DNA of 64,000 nucleotides from Candidatus Multivoradales bacterium (GTDB lineage Bacteria; Acidobacteriota; Thermoanaerobaculia; Multivoradales; JAHEKO01): NCBI GenBank assembly GCA_965223755.1, contig CBDCXF010000002.1, positions 602,526 to 666,525 of the forward strand, read 5' to 3'. Shown piece by piece: positions 30,759 to 40,505 of this stretch (position 1 is its first letter; each line of letters starts with the position of its first letter). The notes under the pieces were generated by a model. It saw only the letters and a program-made list of their open reading frames with translations, ran no database searches and was not told where the DNA came from. The position numbers and the translations under genes were made by a program.

Positions 30759-32729
30759 CTACGGACAGATATTGTGATAATTCCAGGCAATCGCGTAGTA
30801 GCGTGAAAAATCGGCTGGCGGATTGGAGATGCTGATTGTGATGGTGTAGGTGTGTCCCGCAGTTGGTACAAACTCAACAAATTCGTAATTATTTTGGGCG
30901 GAAAGGGACCAAGCGACCGCGGCGCCAGTTGCCTGGTCGTAAACTCTTAAATCCAGGTCCAGATCGAGCATCGTGTTGGTATCGTTGGTTGCGAGGCTGT
31001 CCCAGGTCAGAGCAACACGAATTTTTCTGCCGGGGTCGGGTGCCGCAACTGACCAGGACTTGGAGAAGGCTCCGCTGCCGTCAAAACTGTTTTCGGTCAT
31101 GGAGCCGAAGTCGTGTGCGTTGTTCGCTGGCATCGAGGAGGTCTGGCGCCGTTGCGCAATTGCGACGGCCTCAAATGCATCAACCATCCCCACACCATCG
31201 GCACCGTCCGGGCTGTTGTCCGCGGTCCAGGCACTACCATCGGCCATCTGATAGCCGGCCGAAGCCATTAAGATGGCGCGCACGGCCTCCGGCCAGTATT
31301 TCAGGCTGGGATTAGAACTCATCACCAGCGATGCAATTGACGCCACCACTGGCGCAGCCGCACTCGTACCACCGAAGTCACGATTCAACAAACAATGACG
31401 GCTGCCGGGCGCGGCAATTTCAGGGAGCTCTCGGACCGCGTAGGTGGGATTGGTTACGGCACTGCTGGCGACTATCGCGTCATCGCAGATGTCCCCGTCA
31501 GCGTTGTTCTCAATGTTGCCTACCGCAAAGTAGTTGTATCCCTTCGGAAAGACAAAAGGTACAAAATTTCCCGCGGCGGAAAACACCGACGGAAAAGGAT
31601 ATCGGACCACTGCGTAATCGAAAAACTTGTCTCGCGCCGCCAAGTTACCTGTGCCTTCGTCGCCCAGACCCCAACTCATCGTTACCACATTGACTCCGTT
31701 TTGCACGGACCAGCCATACTGAGCCATGTAGTCCTGATTGGTTCCGGCAGTGTTGGCTGCAAGCACATCGGCACCGGGTGCATAACCCTGCAATGGACCG
31801 TCACAGATATCGCTTCCGGCACCGTCGAAGGTATTACCGATCATGGCGTAGCTATTGGTCACATGAGCATCACCCGCGACCCCGGGAGTGCGAGTTGCAG
31901 CTAGATTGAAACAGTCATCTGGGTGATCATTACCACCATCTTCCACCACTGCGATCCGTACCCCACTGCCGTCATAACCGAGTTGATGAACCAAATCAGT
32001 GCCAGTACTTGGCAATGACGCTTGAATGTCCTTACAAGCAAGTGCCACATCTAGAGGTGGATCCTCCTTCGGAGGTATCTCACCGATGTAGATAAATTTG
32101 TCCTCGCAATAGACATCCAACAGTTGCTCACGGCTTAGTTCCGCCTCGATAAAAGGTCCAAACGCAGCTCTTATTTGAGGTGCTGGTACCTCTCGGTCCT
32201 GCAAAGCCAGAGTAAAGAATTCAGCCGCATACTCTTCGGTCTGATGACGGATCTCAGTGGCCAATGGTCCAATCACTTGATCGATCCTTTCCGCGTCGAC
32301 CTCGGACTTGTCCAACTCAGGTTCCTGTACTGCCATTTGAAATAGCAGCCGGTTCACGGTGCCAGTCGGCTGTGCGACAACTCGGTCATAGAAGTCTGGC
32401 TCTAGGGCGCAGTAGAGCTGCCTCTTCACCAGTCGATCCTGCTGTCTCAAAGCCACCAGATCCACCCGCTCACCATAACCGTCAAATGAAAGCTTGTGTA
32501 AGCGCCCACTGCGTGCGTCGTGCAAACTGAAGGTTTCAACTTCGGCCGCAAGTTGCGGCAGCACGGTACGGTGCTGCGCCAGCAACTGCAGTTGATCCTC
32601 GGTTTGCAGCAGTTTCTTGAGTTCGGACTCGTTGTTGATGTCGGCCAATTCGTCCGCCGTGACTAGCGTCGGACCAACGAACAGCGTGATGCTCAGCAGA
32701 CTGCTCGAAACTATCCTTTGGTTCATCAT
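30759..32729 (-). CDS. Secreted S8 subtilase, divergent (ED-H-S-like)
   Basis: Signal peptide, long pro-region, IAVVEDG, HVT, SAAGN, GTSAAAP; C-terminal VALTW...DLDLDLRV domain. Confidence 0.85.
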   Translation of the reverse strand: MMNQRIVSSSLLSITLFVGPTLVTADELADINNESELKKLLQTEDQLQLLAQHRTVLPQLAAEVETFSLHDARSGRLHKLSFDGYGERVDLVALRQQDRLVKRQLYCALEPDFYDRVVAQPTGTVNRLLFQMAVQEPELDKSEVDAERIDQVIGPLATEIRHQTEEYAAEFFTLALQDREVPAPQIRAAFGPFIEAELSREQLLDVYCEDKFIYIGEIPPKEDPPLDVALACKDIQASLPSTGTDLVHQLGYDGSGVRIAVVEDGGNDHPDDCFNLAATRTPGVAGDAHVTNSYAMIGNTFDGAGSDICDGPLQGYAPGADVLAANTAGTNQDYMAQYGWSVQNGVNVVTMSWGLGDEGTGNLAARDKFFDYAVVRYPFPSVFSAAGNFVPFVFPKGYNYFAVGNIENNADGDICDDAIVASSAVTNPTYAVRELPEIAAPGSRHCLLNRDFGGTSAAAPVVASIASLVMSSNPSLKYWPEAVRAILMASAGYQMADGSAWTADNSPDGADGVGMVDAFEAVAIAQRRQTSSMPANNAHDFGSMTENSFDGSGAFSKSWSVAAPDPGRKIRVALTWDSLATNDTNTMLDLDLDLRVYDQATGAAVAWSLSAQNNYEFVEFVPTAGHTYTITISISNPPADFSRYYAIAWNYHNICP

Positions 32730-32771
32730 CTTCTCCAGATAATTGGTTGATTGTTGGCGCAGGAAAATGAG

Positions 32772-34940
32772 CTATTGCAGATCATTCATGCGGATAGCCA
32801 TCTCACCGGTGACGGACTGCACCGGCGTCGTGCCGACATATATGGTCGTGATCACCGGCACGCGAACAAAAGTGCGCTGACCGATGCGGCTGGCAACCTC
32901 AGCTAGCAGCGGCGAGATGTGCTCCGCTCCAGGCGGCGGATCGTAAACATGCTCGAAGCGAGAGGGCATGTACCGGGAGGCGAAGGCAAAACCAGGATGA
33001 TTGGTCGGCCCTAGAAATGTCGACTCCCAATGGACGGTCTGAACTTCGACGACGTCGTATTGAGTGCTGTGGTTTAGATTGCAGTCAGCATCAACAAGGT
33101 CGACATCGTTGGTGGTCCAGTCACCGTCATCGATGTTGTTCCAGCCCTCCAGGTCGCAGATTTGATCCATGCATTCGCTGCTAGTGGTCTCAATCACAAC
33201 GCGCTGCAACGCGGCCGGCCGTTCATGATCAAACTTCAGCGAAGTGAATACGGGCGTGCTCCACCAGTCGAAGGCCAGCGCTGTTCCGATGGCCAGTTCG
33301 GCCGCTTGCCCGGTCTGCGAATCGAAGGTACCCCAACCACCCCTTGGGTCACCGTTAGGAAACACGTTGGAATTTCCCTCGTTCTGATTCAGCCGTTCAG
33401 CGTCCAAGTCTGGGCCGGTAATAGATCCGGACGGCGGAAACGCGTTCTCCGGCTGATACAAGGGGTCTCGATAATAAGATTTCCACTGCAACGCCATGTG
33501 GCCCCATTGCTCGACAATGCCCGTGCTCGCGTCCCCTACAATCCAAGTGGTGTCGTAGGGCCCATCGATCTCGCTCATCTCGTACTCACAGGTGGCGTTG
33601 GCGGCCACGTCGGAGAAACACCCAGCTAACAGCAACAGTTCTCCATCGATCGCGGTTAGCGAGAATTCGGTCTGTTCCTGAGGATGGGTAAACGAAACAG
33701 CAACCTGCTCGCTGAGCGTAAGTGGATCGAGCCGTCGCAGGAAATAGGTGCCTGCTTGTTCGTTGCCCTGATCGGCGTACAGCGTCGTGAAACGCAACGG
33801 AGCTGTTTCAGACGGCACGCTTGGTAGCTGCCCCGAACCCACCAGATAGAGGGCGCCATCGGCCTGATCGAAATATAGATCGTGGCCGTCAGTGGAGCCC
33901 GTGGAAGCACCGTAGGTAGTGGTGACTAACGGCTGGAGGCTGCTGTTCAATCGGCGCACAAACACTTGGCCGTCGCCGGTTTCGCTGCCCTCTTGATTCC
34001 GTTCAGAAGTGCGCTCGACGCCCAGCAGCAGGACATCTCCCGTGTATATATTCCGTTCCAGCGCCCGAATTTGATCTGAAACCTGATACAACGATTCCGC
34101 TTGCGACCGTGCATCGAGACGGATCAGGTTGGCCCGATCCGCGGTTTGCAGTACCAAGTAATGACCGCCATCGGCCGAGGCTGTGTTGATTACGCCGCTG
34201 GGGTGGCCAAAACTGATCGCAATATCAATGCGATCGGCCTGATTGGTTTGACTCTCAAGCAGATCACCCGTCAGAGATAGCTGGCCGTCCCGCTCGACGA
34301 ACCCCCTGGCACCGTTCGTGGTCAGCTCAAACAGCGTTGCTCCGGTCTGGGGGTCTTGACCGTAAAGTTTGTGGTTGCCGGCAGCATGGGCGACGTAATC
34401 AATAGCCGGTACCTGCAGTTGGATGCGGCTGCTATCGGCGGTAGCGGAGAGCTGGTAACTCAGAGTTAGCTTGCGCGGATTCAGATGATAAGAAAGATCG
34501 ATGCCGGGGTAGACCTGCGGCAACAACGCTGTGGTGTATGCGCCGGCTGATGCGGTACCTGCCCCAGTGTCGATTCGCGCCCCTCCAGGCAACACGGACA
34601 CCCCGCTCAGCGTCGTTTCAGACGTGGCACCGAGTGGGACAAATGTCAGATCGTGCAGACGGACACTATGCGCATCCGGCATGATTAGAGTGATGTCGCC
34701 CGCTGGGCCGATGCTTACGCCGGTGCCCGCTGCAGCTATCGCACTTAGTCCAGTCTCACTGTCCACGAATGGGAGCTCCAAATTGGCTATCGAGTCAGCA
34801 AACGCCGCTTCTTCCAATTGCGGGCAATAAGGATTCGTTGTTTCGGCCAGCAATGGCTGGAACGACATCCAGCCAGTAAACAGAGCCAGTGCAGACTTGC
34901 TAGTACGTGAAGTTGCCACCCTCTTGTGTAGTGAGTGCAT
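32772..34940 (-). CDS. Large secreted hypothetical protein with degenerate DUF7948/SBBP-like N-terminal half
   Basis: GGAGG RBS, signal peptide; VYPGIDLSY...LSYQL...ADSSRIQL and VFVRRLN...TTYG resemble SBBP-associated modules; C-terminal half unrecognised. Confidence 0.6.
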   Translation of the reverse strand: MHSLHKRVATSRTSKSALALFTGWMSFQPLLAETTNPYCPQLEEAAFADSIANLELPFVDSETGLSAIAAAGTGVSIGPAGDITLIMPDAHSVRLHDLTFVPLGATSETTLSGVSVLPGGARIDTGAGTASAGAYTTALLPQVYPGIDLSYHLNPRKLTLSYQLSATADSSRIQLQVPAIDYVAHAAGNHKLYGQDPQTGATLFELTTNGARGFVERDGQLSLTGDLLESQTNQADRIDIAISFGHPSGVINTASADGGHYLVLQTADRANLIRLDARSQAESLYQVSDQIRALERNIYTGDVLLLGVERTSERNQEGSETGDGQVFVRRLNSSLQPLVTTTYGASTGSTDGHDLYFDQADGALYLVGSGQLPSVPSETAPLRFTTLYADQGNEQAGTYFLRRLDPLTLSEQVAVSFTHPQEQTEFSLTAIDGELLLLAGCFSDVAANATCEYEMSEIDGPYDTTWIVGDASTGIVEQWGHMALQWKSYYRDPLYQPENAFPPSGSITGPDLDAERLNQNEGNSNVFPNGDPRGGWGTFDSQTGQAAELAIGTALAFDWWSTPVFTSLKFDHERPAALQRVVIETTSSECMDQICDLEGWNNIDDGDWTTNDVDLVDADCNLNHSTQYDVVEVQTVHWESTFLGPTNHPGFAFASRYMPSRFEHVYDPPPGAEHISPLLAEVASRIGQRTFVRVPVITTIYVGTTPVQSVTGEMAIRMNDLQ

Positions 34941-35091
34941 AGAAACCTCCAGGCCGCGCTTTTAGTTTTGTGCGATCGAATAGAAAACAACCGAAGTCAA
35001 ATGAATAAATCGTTGCGATGGCTCTTATTCGAATTGTCCTCAAAGCCATCTCCAGCTCATGCCTTACGAGAGTTCACTCCTCTTCTGCGTC

Positions 35092-35514
35092 CTACGCACA
35101 GATCGACGAATTACATTGATTGGAGCAGCACTCCCGGTCTTCAGCGCATTCGTGCCCTTCGGGCCGGCAATCGTCGTTCGGGGGGTTAGCTGGATCGTCG
35201 GCAGTCGCTGACACGCATTTGCCCTGAACCTTGCTGTCGCAAATAAGGCCAGAACAGCAGGACAGTTCATCCCACCTTGAGCAGAGTGACCCTCGTGGTA
35301 GGCAAGGCTTAGGTCCGAGACACTCCGGATCGTCCGCGAGATTCTCGGGAGGAAGTTCTGTGCCCCACGGCGGGCTTTCAAGAAGAGTCTCTTGGGACGC
35401 CATTGCGTCAGGACTATTAGCAGTGTCTACTGACTGATCGCTGTTGACTTTTTCGGTGCCCACAAGCGCTATCAACATGAGCGCGAAAGACGCAGTGCTC
35501 AAGCGGATTTGCAT
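35092..35514 (-). CDS. Small secreted precursor with two knottin-like (C-C-CC-C-C) domains
   Basis: AGGAGG RBS, signal peptide, acidic pro-region, Cx6Cx7CCx4Cx7C and Cx6Cx5CCx3Cx4C. Confidence 0.75.
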   Translation of the reverse strand: MQIRLSTASFALMLIALVGTEKVNSDQSVDTANSPDAMASQETLLESPPWGTELPPENLADDPECLGPKPCLPRGSLCSRWDELSCCSGLICDSKVQGKCVSATADDPANPPNDDCRPEGHECAEDRECCSNQCNSSICA

Positions 35515-35569
35515 TGAAAGTTCCTCCTTTTTCAAAACGAAGTCAAAACGACATTGCCACCCTTCTCTT

Positions 35570-35601
35570 ACTAGTGCGCCAAATCGGTCGCGTCTGCCTC
35601 A
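35570..35601 (-). promoter_or_regulatory. Putative ECF promoter TGAGG-N17-GCGCA-CTAGT
   Basis: Same motif and spacing recur at 40424-40455; lies about 55 nt upstream of the start codon. Confidence 0.55.
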
Positions 35602-35814
35602 CCGAGAAACAACTCCATCCTACGCGGACGTCGCGCACTGATCGCGGAAGAAATGGAGCCTTGGGATTACGCCAGCCTCTTGTGAGGTCGTACGGTTAGA
35701 CCACCTTTGACGTCTATTGGATTGGCGCAGCCAGCTCGATCTACAATGGCTGGGTTGGTTGAAGAACGCCGGTTGAGTAGTTGTCGCCGGTTAGGTTTGG
35801 TGGGGGAACAGCAC

Positions 35815-36369
35815 ATGGCGAACTCTCGTAATGACACGGTTTCTATCGACGGGGCAGAACCAATCGACGATTTGATTCCTTTGGTCTACGCAGAACTCAG
35901 ATCACTCGCGCACCGTCACCTAGTCAAAGAAAGCCGTAAGGACGTGCTTCAAACAACGGCGTTGGTTCACGAGGCGTACTTGCGCTTGGCGCATGGGAAT
36001 CGACGCTGGCAGAGCCGGCGACACTTCATGGCGACGGCTTCAAATGTCATGCGGCGACTCCTGGTCGACATGGCACGCAAGCGTTCCCGCCAAAAAAGAG
36101 GGAACAACGCCTTGCACGTTCCCATTGAAGAATCGCTGACTTCCGCGCCGCAGCGAGAAACGGACATTTTGGTTCTGAACGACCTGATGGATCGTTTGGC
36201 AAGCCACGACGATCGGAAGGCTCGAGTCGTCGAATTGCGCATTTTCGGCGGCCTCACGATCGCGGAGGTTGCCGATGTTTTGGCTGTTTCACACGCGACT
36301 GTCGAACGCGATCTCAAATTCGCTCGGACATGGCTCGCCCGCGAGCTGAGCGTTCACCAGGAAGCCTAA
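35815..36369 (+). CDS. ECF sigma factor, TIGR02999-like (kinase-associated)
   Basis: PLVYAELRSLA, LQTTALVHEAYLRL, MRRLLVDMAR, VVELRIFGGLT, TVERDLKFARTWL. Confidence 0.92.
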   Translation: MANSRNDTVSIDGAEPIDDLIPLVYAELRSLAHRHLVKESRKDVLQTTALVHEAYLRLAHGNRRWQSRRHFMATASNVMRRLLVDMARKRSRQKRGNNALHVPIEESLTSAPQRETDILVLNDLMDRLASHDDRKARVVELRIFGGLTIAEVADVLAVSHATVERDLKFARTWLARELSVHQEA

Positions 36370-36372
36370 ATC

Positions 36373-38994
36373 GTGGATCCAGATCGGTGGGCAGAAATCG
36401 AGCGGCTTTTCCACCGAGCCTCGGCAGTCGAACCCGCAAAACGAAGCGAGTTTTTGGACCGGCACACGACCGGCGATGAAGAGCTGCGAGGCGAAGTCGA
36501 TTCTTTACTGGCTGCTTCGGCCGACGCAGCGGATGCAATCGACAGCATCGTCGGCGAAGCGCTGATCACTTTGACCGAAGAGGAGGCGCTCCAGAGGGAG
36601 TTTGGACCCTATCGAGCGACGAAGAAAATCGGCGAGAGCAGCTTGTCGACCGTCTTCCTCGGCCAAAGAACCGACGACGAGTATCAACACTATGTGGCGA
36701 TCAAAGTTGCCAAGCGCGGGTTCCCGACCGAAGACCTGGAGATCCGTTTCCGCCAAGAACGTCAGATCCTGGCTGACTTGAAGCACCCGCACATCGCGCA
36801 AGTCTTTGACGGCGGCACTACCGAGGACGGCTTGCCGTACTTCCTCATGGAGTGGATCGACGGCCTGCCGCTCATCGACTACTGCACCGAGCACGACCTC
36901 GACGTAGAAGAACGGCTGAGGCTCTTCCTGTCTGTCTGCGAAGCTGTAGAACATGCCCACCGCAACTTAGTCATCCATCGCGATCTGAAGCCGACGAATG
37001 TCCTCGTAACCAAGGATGGGGTCGTCAAGCTCCTCGACTTCGGCATCGCCAAGTTGATTGCCCCCAATCTCGATCTCGTCCATCCGCTCGACACCGCCCC
37101 AGGCGTTCAACTGATGACGCCCGAGTATGCAAGCCCGGAGCAATTCTCTGGAAAGCCGTTGACCACCGCCAGCGACATCTATTCACTGGGAGTGCTGCTG
37201 TATTGCTTGCTGACTCAAAGGGTGCCGCACTCCGCGAAGGACAAGACGCTTGCAGAACTGCAGAACGAAGTTTGCGAACGGCCCCCGATGCCTCCGAGTG
37301 CTGCCGTCTCGGATCCAGCTAAAAGCACTTCGAGTGACCCCACAATACCGGCCGCGACATCTTCGGCCCTCGCTCGGCGATTGCGGGGGGATTTGGACGT
37401 TATTGTCCTCAAAGCCCTGCACAAAGAACCCGAGCGCCGCTACCACGCGGTGGGCGAGTTGATCGACGACATCAATTTGCATCTTTCCTCGCAGCCCATT
37501 ACCGCCCGACCCGACGCGTTGTCCTACCGGCTCGGCAAGTTCGCAAAACGGCATCGTTTCGGAGTCGCCGCCAGTGCCGCATTCTTGCTCGCCTTGCTTG
37601 CCGGCATCGTCGCTACTTCCTATGCAAGTTGGGTGGCACAGAAACAACGGGCGCAAGCAGAACTGAGTCGCAATAATGCCGAGAACGTCACCGACTTCAT
37701 GGTTGGACTGTTTGAAGAAGCGGATCCTGGTGTTTCAAAGGGAGCTGATATCTCCGCGCGCGAAATCCTCGACAGGGGTGCCGCCAAGCTCGTCAACGAT
37801 CTGGAGGGTCAGCCGTTGCAACGGGCACACGCTCTCGACGCTATGGGTCGTGCCTACCACGGATTGGGTCTTTACGAACAAGCGAGCGACCTGCACGAGC
37901 GGGCCGTCACTGACCGTACCAAAGCCTTAGGCGAGGCCCACCATTTAGTGGCAGACAGCCTCGTGCAGGAGGCCCGAGCTCTCTTGGCCCTCGGTCAAAG
38001 TGATGAGGCGGAAGCCCTGGCGATCCGTGCATCCGAAATCTATTCGGCCGAAATTTCTCCCAACGACCCGAATCTGAGCGACGCCCTCAACCTATTGGCA
38101 GAGATCTATTTGAATGCGGGCAGCCTTGAGAAGGCGAACTCGACCTACCAGCGCGCCTTCGATCTACGACTGACCGCGTTTGGACCCCGCCATCCCAAGG
38201 TCCTAGAAACGCTGAACGACTTGGCCGAAGTGCGAGTCCACCAAGGTCGACTCGACGAGGCCGAGGAGATGTTTCTGGAGGCGCTCGATGGACGCCGCAC
38301 CCTTCAAGGGTCGAACCACCCGGAGACGGTCAAAGTCCTCAGCAACCTGGCCGTAGTTCGCGAGGCGAAGGGCGATGTGGCTGGTGCCGAGCAAACGATG
38401 CGAGAAGTTGTAGAAACTCGGCTCGCACTCTACGGAGAGGAGCATTTGCATGTCGCGCTGGCGTATTCGAATCTAGGTCAAATTCTGTTGAGCCAGGGCA
38501 ATTATGCTGAAGCGTTGGATTGGACTGAAAAAGCGCTGAGCGTCTGCATTAACCTCTATGGAGATCAGCATCCTCAAGTGGCGACGATTACCTACAACCT
38601 GGGCCTAATTCTGGACGACTTAGGCGAACTAGGCGAAGCGGAAAGGCAGTTTCGACGAGCCCTGGAGATCTACGAAGCGGTTTCAGGTGGTCAGCATCCC
38701 GACGTCGCTACCAGCCTAACAACGATCGCCGACCTCCATTGGCGGCAAGGGAGATCGGAACTAGCACTCCGCGAGGCCCGTCGTAGCTTGGAGATATTGG
38801 AATCGAGCGACGGCGATCAGACGATGCTCATCAGTTCGCCGTTATTGGTCATCGGTCGTGTCTTGTCTGACCGCCGTCGGTGCGCCGACGCCCTCCGTGT
38901 CCTTGACCGCGCTTTGGCGATCCGATTGGAGTACCTCCCCGAGGATCACCCCAATGTCGCAGCGGTGCGCGAAACTCAAGTCACCTGCTCTTAG
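36373..38994 (+). CDS. Transmembrane Hanks-type Ser/Thr kinase with extracytoplasmic TPR repeats
   Basis: VAIK, HRDLKPTN, DFGIAK, TPEYASPEQ; one TM segment; kinesin-light-chain-type TPRs (HPxV...NL). Confidence 0.93.
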   Translation: MDPDRWAEIERLFHRASAVEPAKRSEFLDRHTTGDEELRGEVDSLLAASADAADAIDSIVGEALITLTEEEALQREFGPYRATKKIGESSLSTVFLGQRTDDEYQHYVAIKVAKRGFPTEDLEIRFRQERQILADLKHPHIAQVFDGGTTEDGLPYFLMEWIDGLPLIDYCTEHDLDVEERLRLFLSVCEAVEHAHRNLVIHRDLKPTNVLVTKDGVVKLLDFGIAKLIAPNLDLVHPLDTAPGVQLMTPEYASPEQFSGKPLTTASDIYSLGVLLYCLLTQRVPHSAKDKTLAELQNEVCERPPMPPSAAVSDPAKSTSSDPTIPAATSSALARRLRGDLDVIVLKALHKEPERRYHAVGELIDDINLHLSSQPITARPDALSYRLGKFAKRHRFGVAASAAFLLALLAGIVATSYASWVAQKQRAQAELSRNNAENVTDFMVGLFEEADPGVSKGADISAREILDRGAAKLVNDLEGQPLQRAHALDAMGRAYHGLGLYEQASDLHERAVTDRTKALGEAHHLVADSLVQEARALLALGQSDEAEALAIRASEIYSAEISPNDPNLSDALNLLAEIYLNAGSLEKANSTYQRAFDLRLTAFGPRHPKVLETLNDLAEVRVHQGRLDEAEEMFLEALDGRRTLQGSNHPETVKVLSNLAVVREAKGDVAGAEQTMREVVETRLALYGEEHLHVALAYSNLGQILLSQGNYAEALDWTEKALSVCINLYGDQHPQVATITYNLGLILDDLGELGEAERQFRRALEIYEAVSGGQHPDVATSLTTIADLHWRQGRSELALREARRSLEILESSDGDQTMLISSPLLVIGRVLSDRRRCADALRVLDRALAIRLEYLPEDHPNVAAVRETQVTCS

Positions 38995-40394
38995 GGACGC
39001 GCTTTCCTGATGATGAGGCCGTTGCCAGTTATAGCTGGCAGCGCGATCGTCGCTGTCGCACCTGAAATGGTGCACGAAGACTCGCCGGTTATCGCCATTC
39101 CGTCCCAATTACCAAACCAAGCCGTTCCGAATGCCCAAGGCAGACAATACTGTGATGAGGCGCATTCGCCGAAGAACTGCGTCTCTAGATCAATCGAAGC
39201 GGCCACTTGGACAAAAACGTCCGCACCTTCGCGATTTGTGATTATTTCGTCAAGGCTAAAATCGACAAGCCGTTCGTCATCGTGCACCGATGCGGGATCG
39301 TTTGGCCAATAGGAAAGCGCCACGATTTCCTCGCTGCATCGGTCCGCGTCTTTTTCGCAGTCCGGAAAATCCGATTGGGTTGGAAAGAGCACGTAGGCGT
39401 TCGCTTCAACGGTGCTCTTCGCGTGACCGTTGCCGGACCAGGCTTGAGCGCTGATCAGACCGGATCCTGCAGCGCTCGCAGTGATCTCGGACGGCATACA
39501 CAGATCTTCACACGGCTCCAAGACTGGACTGCGATGTCGCTCGACGTCTTCTTGGCCGACAGGAAGATTCCAACCAGTCACCCGATAGCAGCGCTGATGC
39601 AAACCAAGGCCAGTCGAGCCAGTGTATTCAATAAACTCGGCTTCGCCTTCCGTCTGCGCGCCCATAAAAACCTGAGCACCAGGTCCCGACTCATCTCGAC
39701 GTGCTATGAACTCATTTGAATTCGTCGTAAGAAACTCTCGGACTGCTCGTGCTTCCGACGGCACCAGGGTGTAAGCCGCAAACCAGAGACACTGGCACGA
39801 GGATCCCGTGGACGCCGGCCACAGTGAATCGAGCTGTGCGGCCAAGTCATGAATCTCACCCCTCAGGTGTGGCGCTGTCGTTAACGTGCCTTGAAGGAGA
39901 TCCATCGATTGATCGGCGGCTTGGCCGTCCAACGCTGCAAGTAATTCGTGAGAGACAGCGACTACGTTACTATAGATGCCACTAATAGTTTGGTACCAAC
40001 ACTCATCGTCACCCGAGCAGTTCAGGGTGATCCGCACTGGATACACAGGTGCTAACCGCCCACCGGCCGGAGCGACAACCTCGACTTCGTATTGAAACCC
40101 ACGGTCACCAACCTGATCGAGACCTGATTCCAGCATGTGGGTTGTTGTGTCTCCTGGTGCCGAGAACGCTATGGTCGTCGCAACGACTTCACCTTCGGAA
40201 TCGAGAAGGTGGACTTCAGCCCAGTTCGTGCTAAATGCCGCATCGTCAGCAGTCCACCTAATTCGAACCTCAAGATCCGTTCCCAAGGCCTGAGTATCAA
40301 CGACTACCGCAGGATACGAGTCTTTTGTTTCCGCCACGACCAAAGGCGTCAGAATCCAAAATAACCAAGTACAAGCGATCCATTTTCTTGACAT
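38991..40394 (-). CDS. Hypothetical secreted Cys-rich protein
   Basis: GGAGG RBS, signal peptide, several Cys pairs; convergent with the kinase. Confidence 0.7.
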   Translation of the reverse strand: MSRKWIACTWLFWILTPLVVAETKDSYPAVVVDTQALGTDLEVRIRWTADDAAFSTNWAEVHLLDSEGEVVATTIAFSAPGDTTTHMLESGLDQVGDRGFQYEVEVVAPAGGRLAPVYPVRITLNCSGDDECWYQTISGIYSNVVAVSHELLAALDGQAADQSMDLLQGTLTTAPHLRGEIHDLAAQLDSLWPASTGSSCQCLWFAAYTLVPSEARAVREFLTTNSNEFIARRDESGPGAQVFMGAQTEGEAEFIEYTGSTGLGLHQRCYRVTGWNLPVGQEDVERHRSPVLEPCEDLCMPSEITASAAGSGLISAQAWSGNGHAKSTVEANAYVLFPTQSDFPDCEKDADRCSEEIVALSYWPNDPASVHDDERLVDFSLDEIITNREGADVFVQVAASIDLETQFFGECASSQYCLPWAFGTAWFGNWDGMAITGESSCTISGATATIALPAITGNGLIIRKARP

Positions 40395-40423
40395 GTCACA
40401 ACCTCCATATGATCTCCGCCTCC

Positions 40424-40455
40424 ATTAATGCGCGTTTTAGCGCAGTATTCCCTCA
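40424..40455 (-). promoter_or_regulatory. Putative ECF promoter TGAGG-N17-GCGCA-TTAAT
   Basis: Matches the motif at 35570-35601; about 30 nt upstream of the start codon. Confidence 0.55.
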
Positions 40456-40505
40456 GACGGAGCCGCTGGCCGGAGATGGAAAACCCAAGGGCCAGTTCGC
40501 GACCT

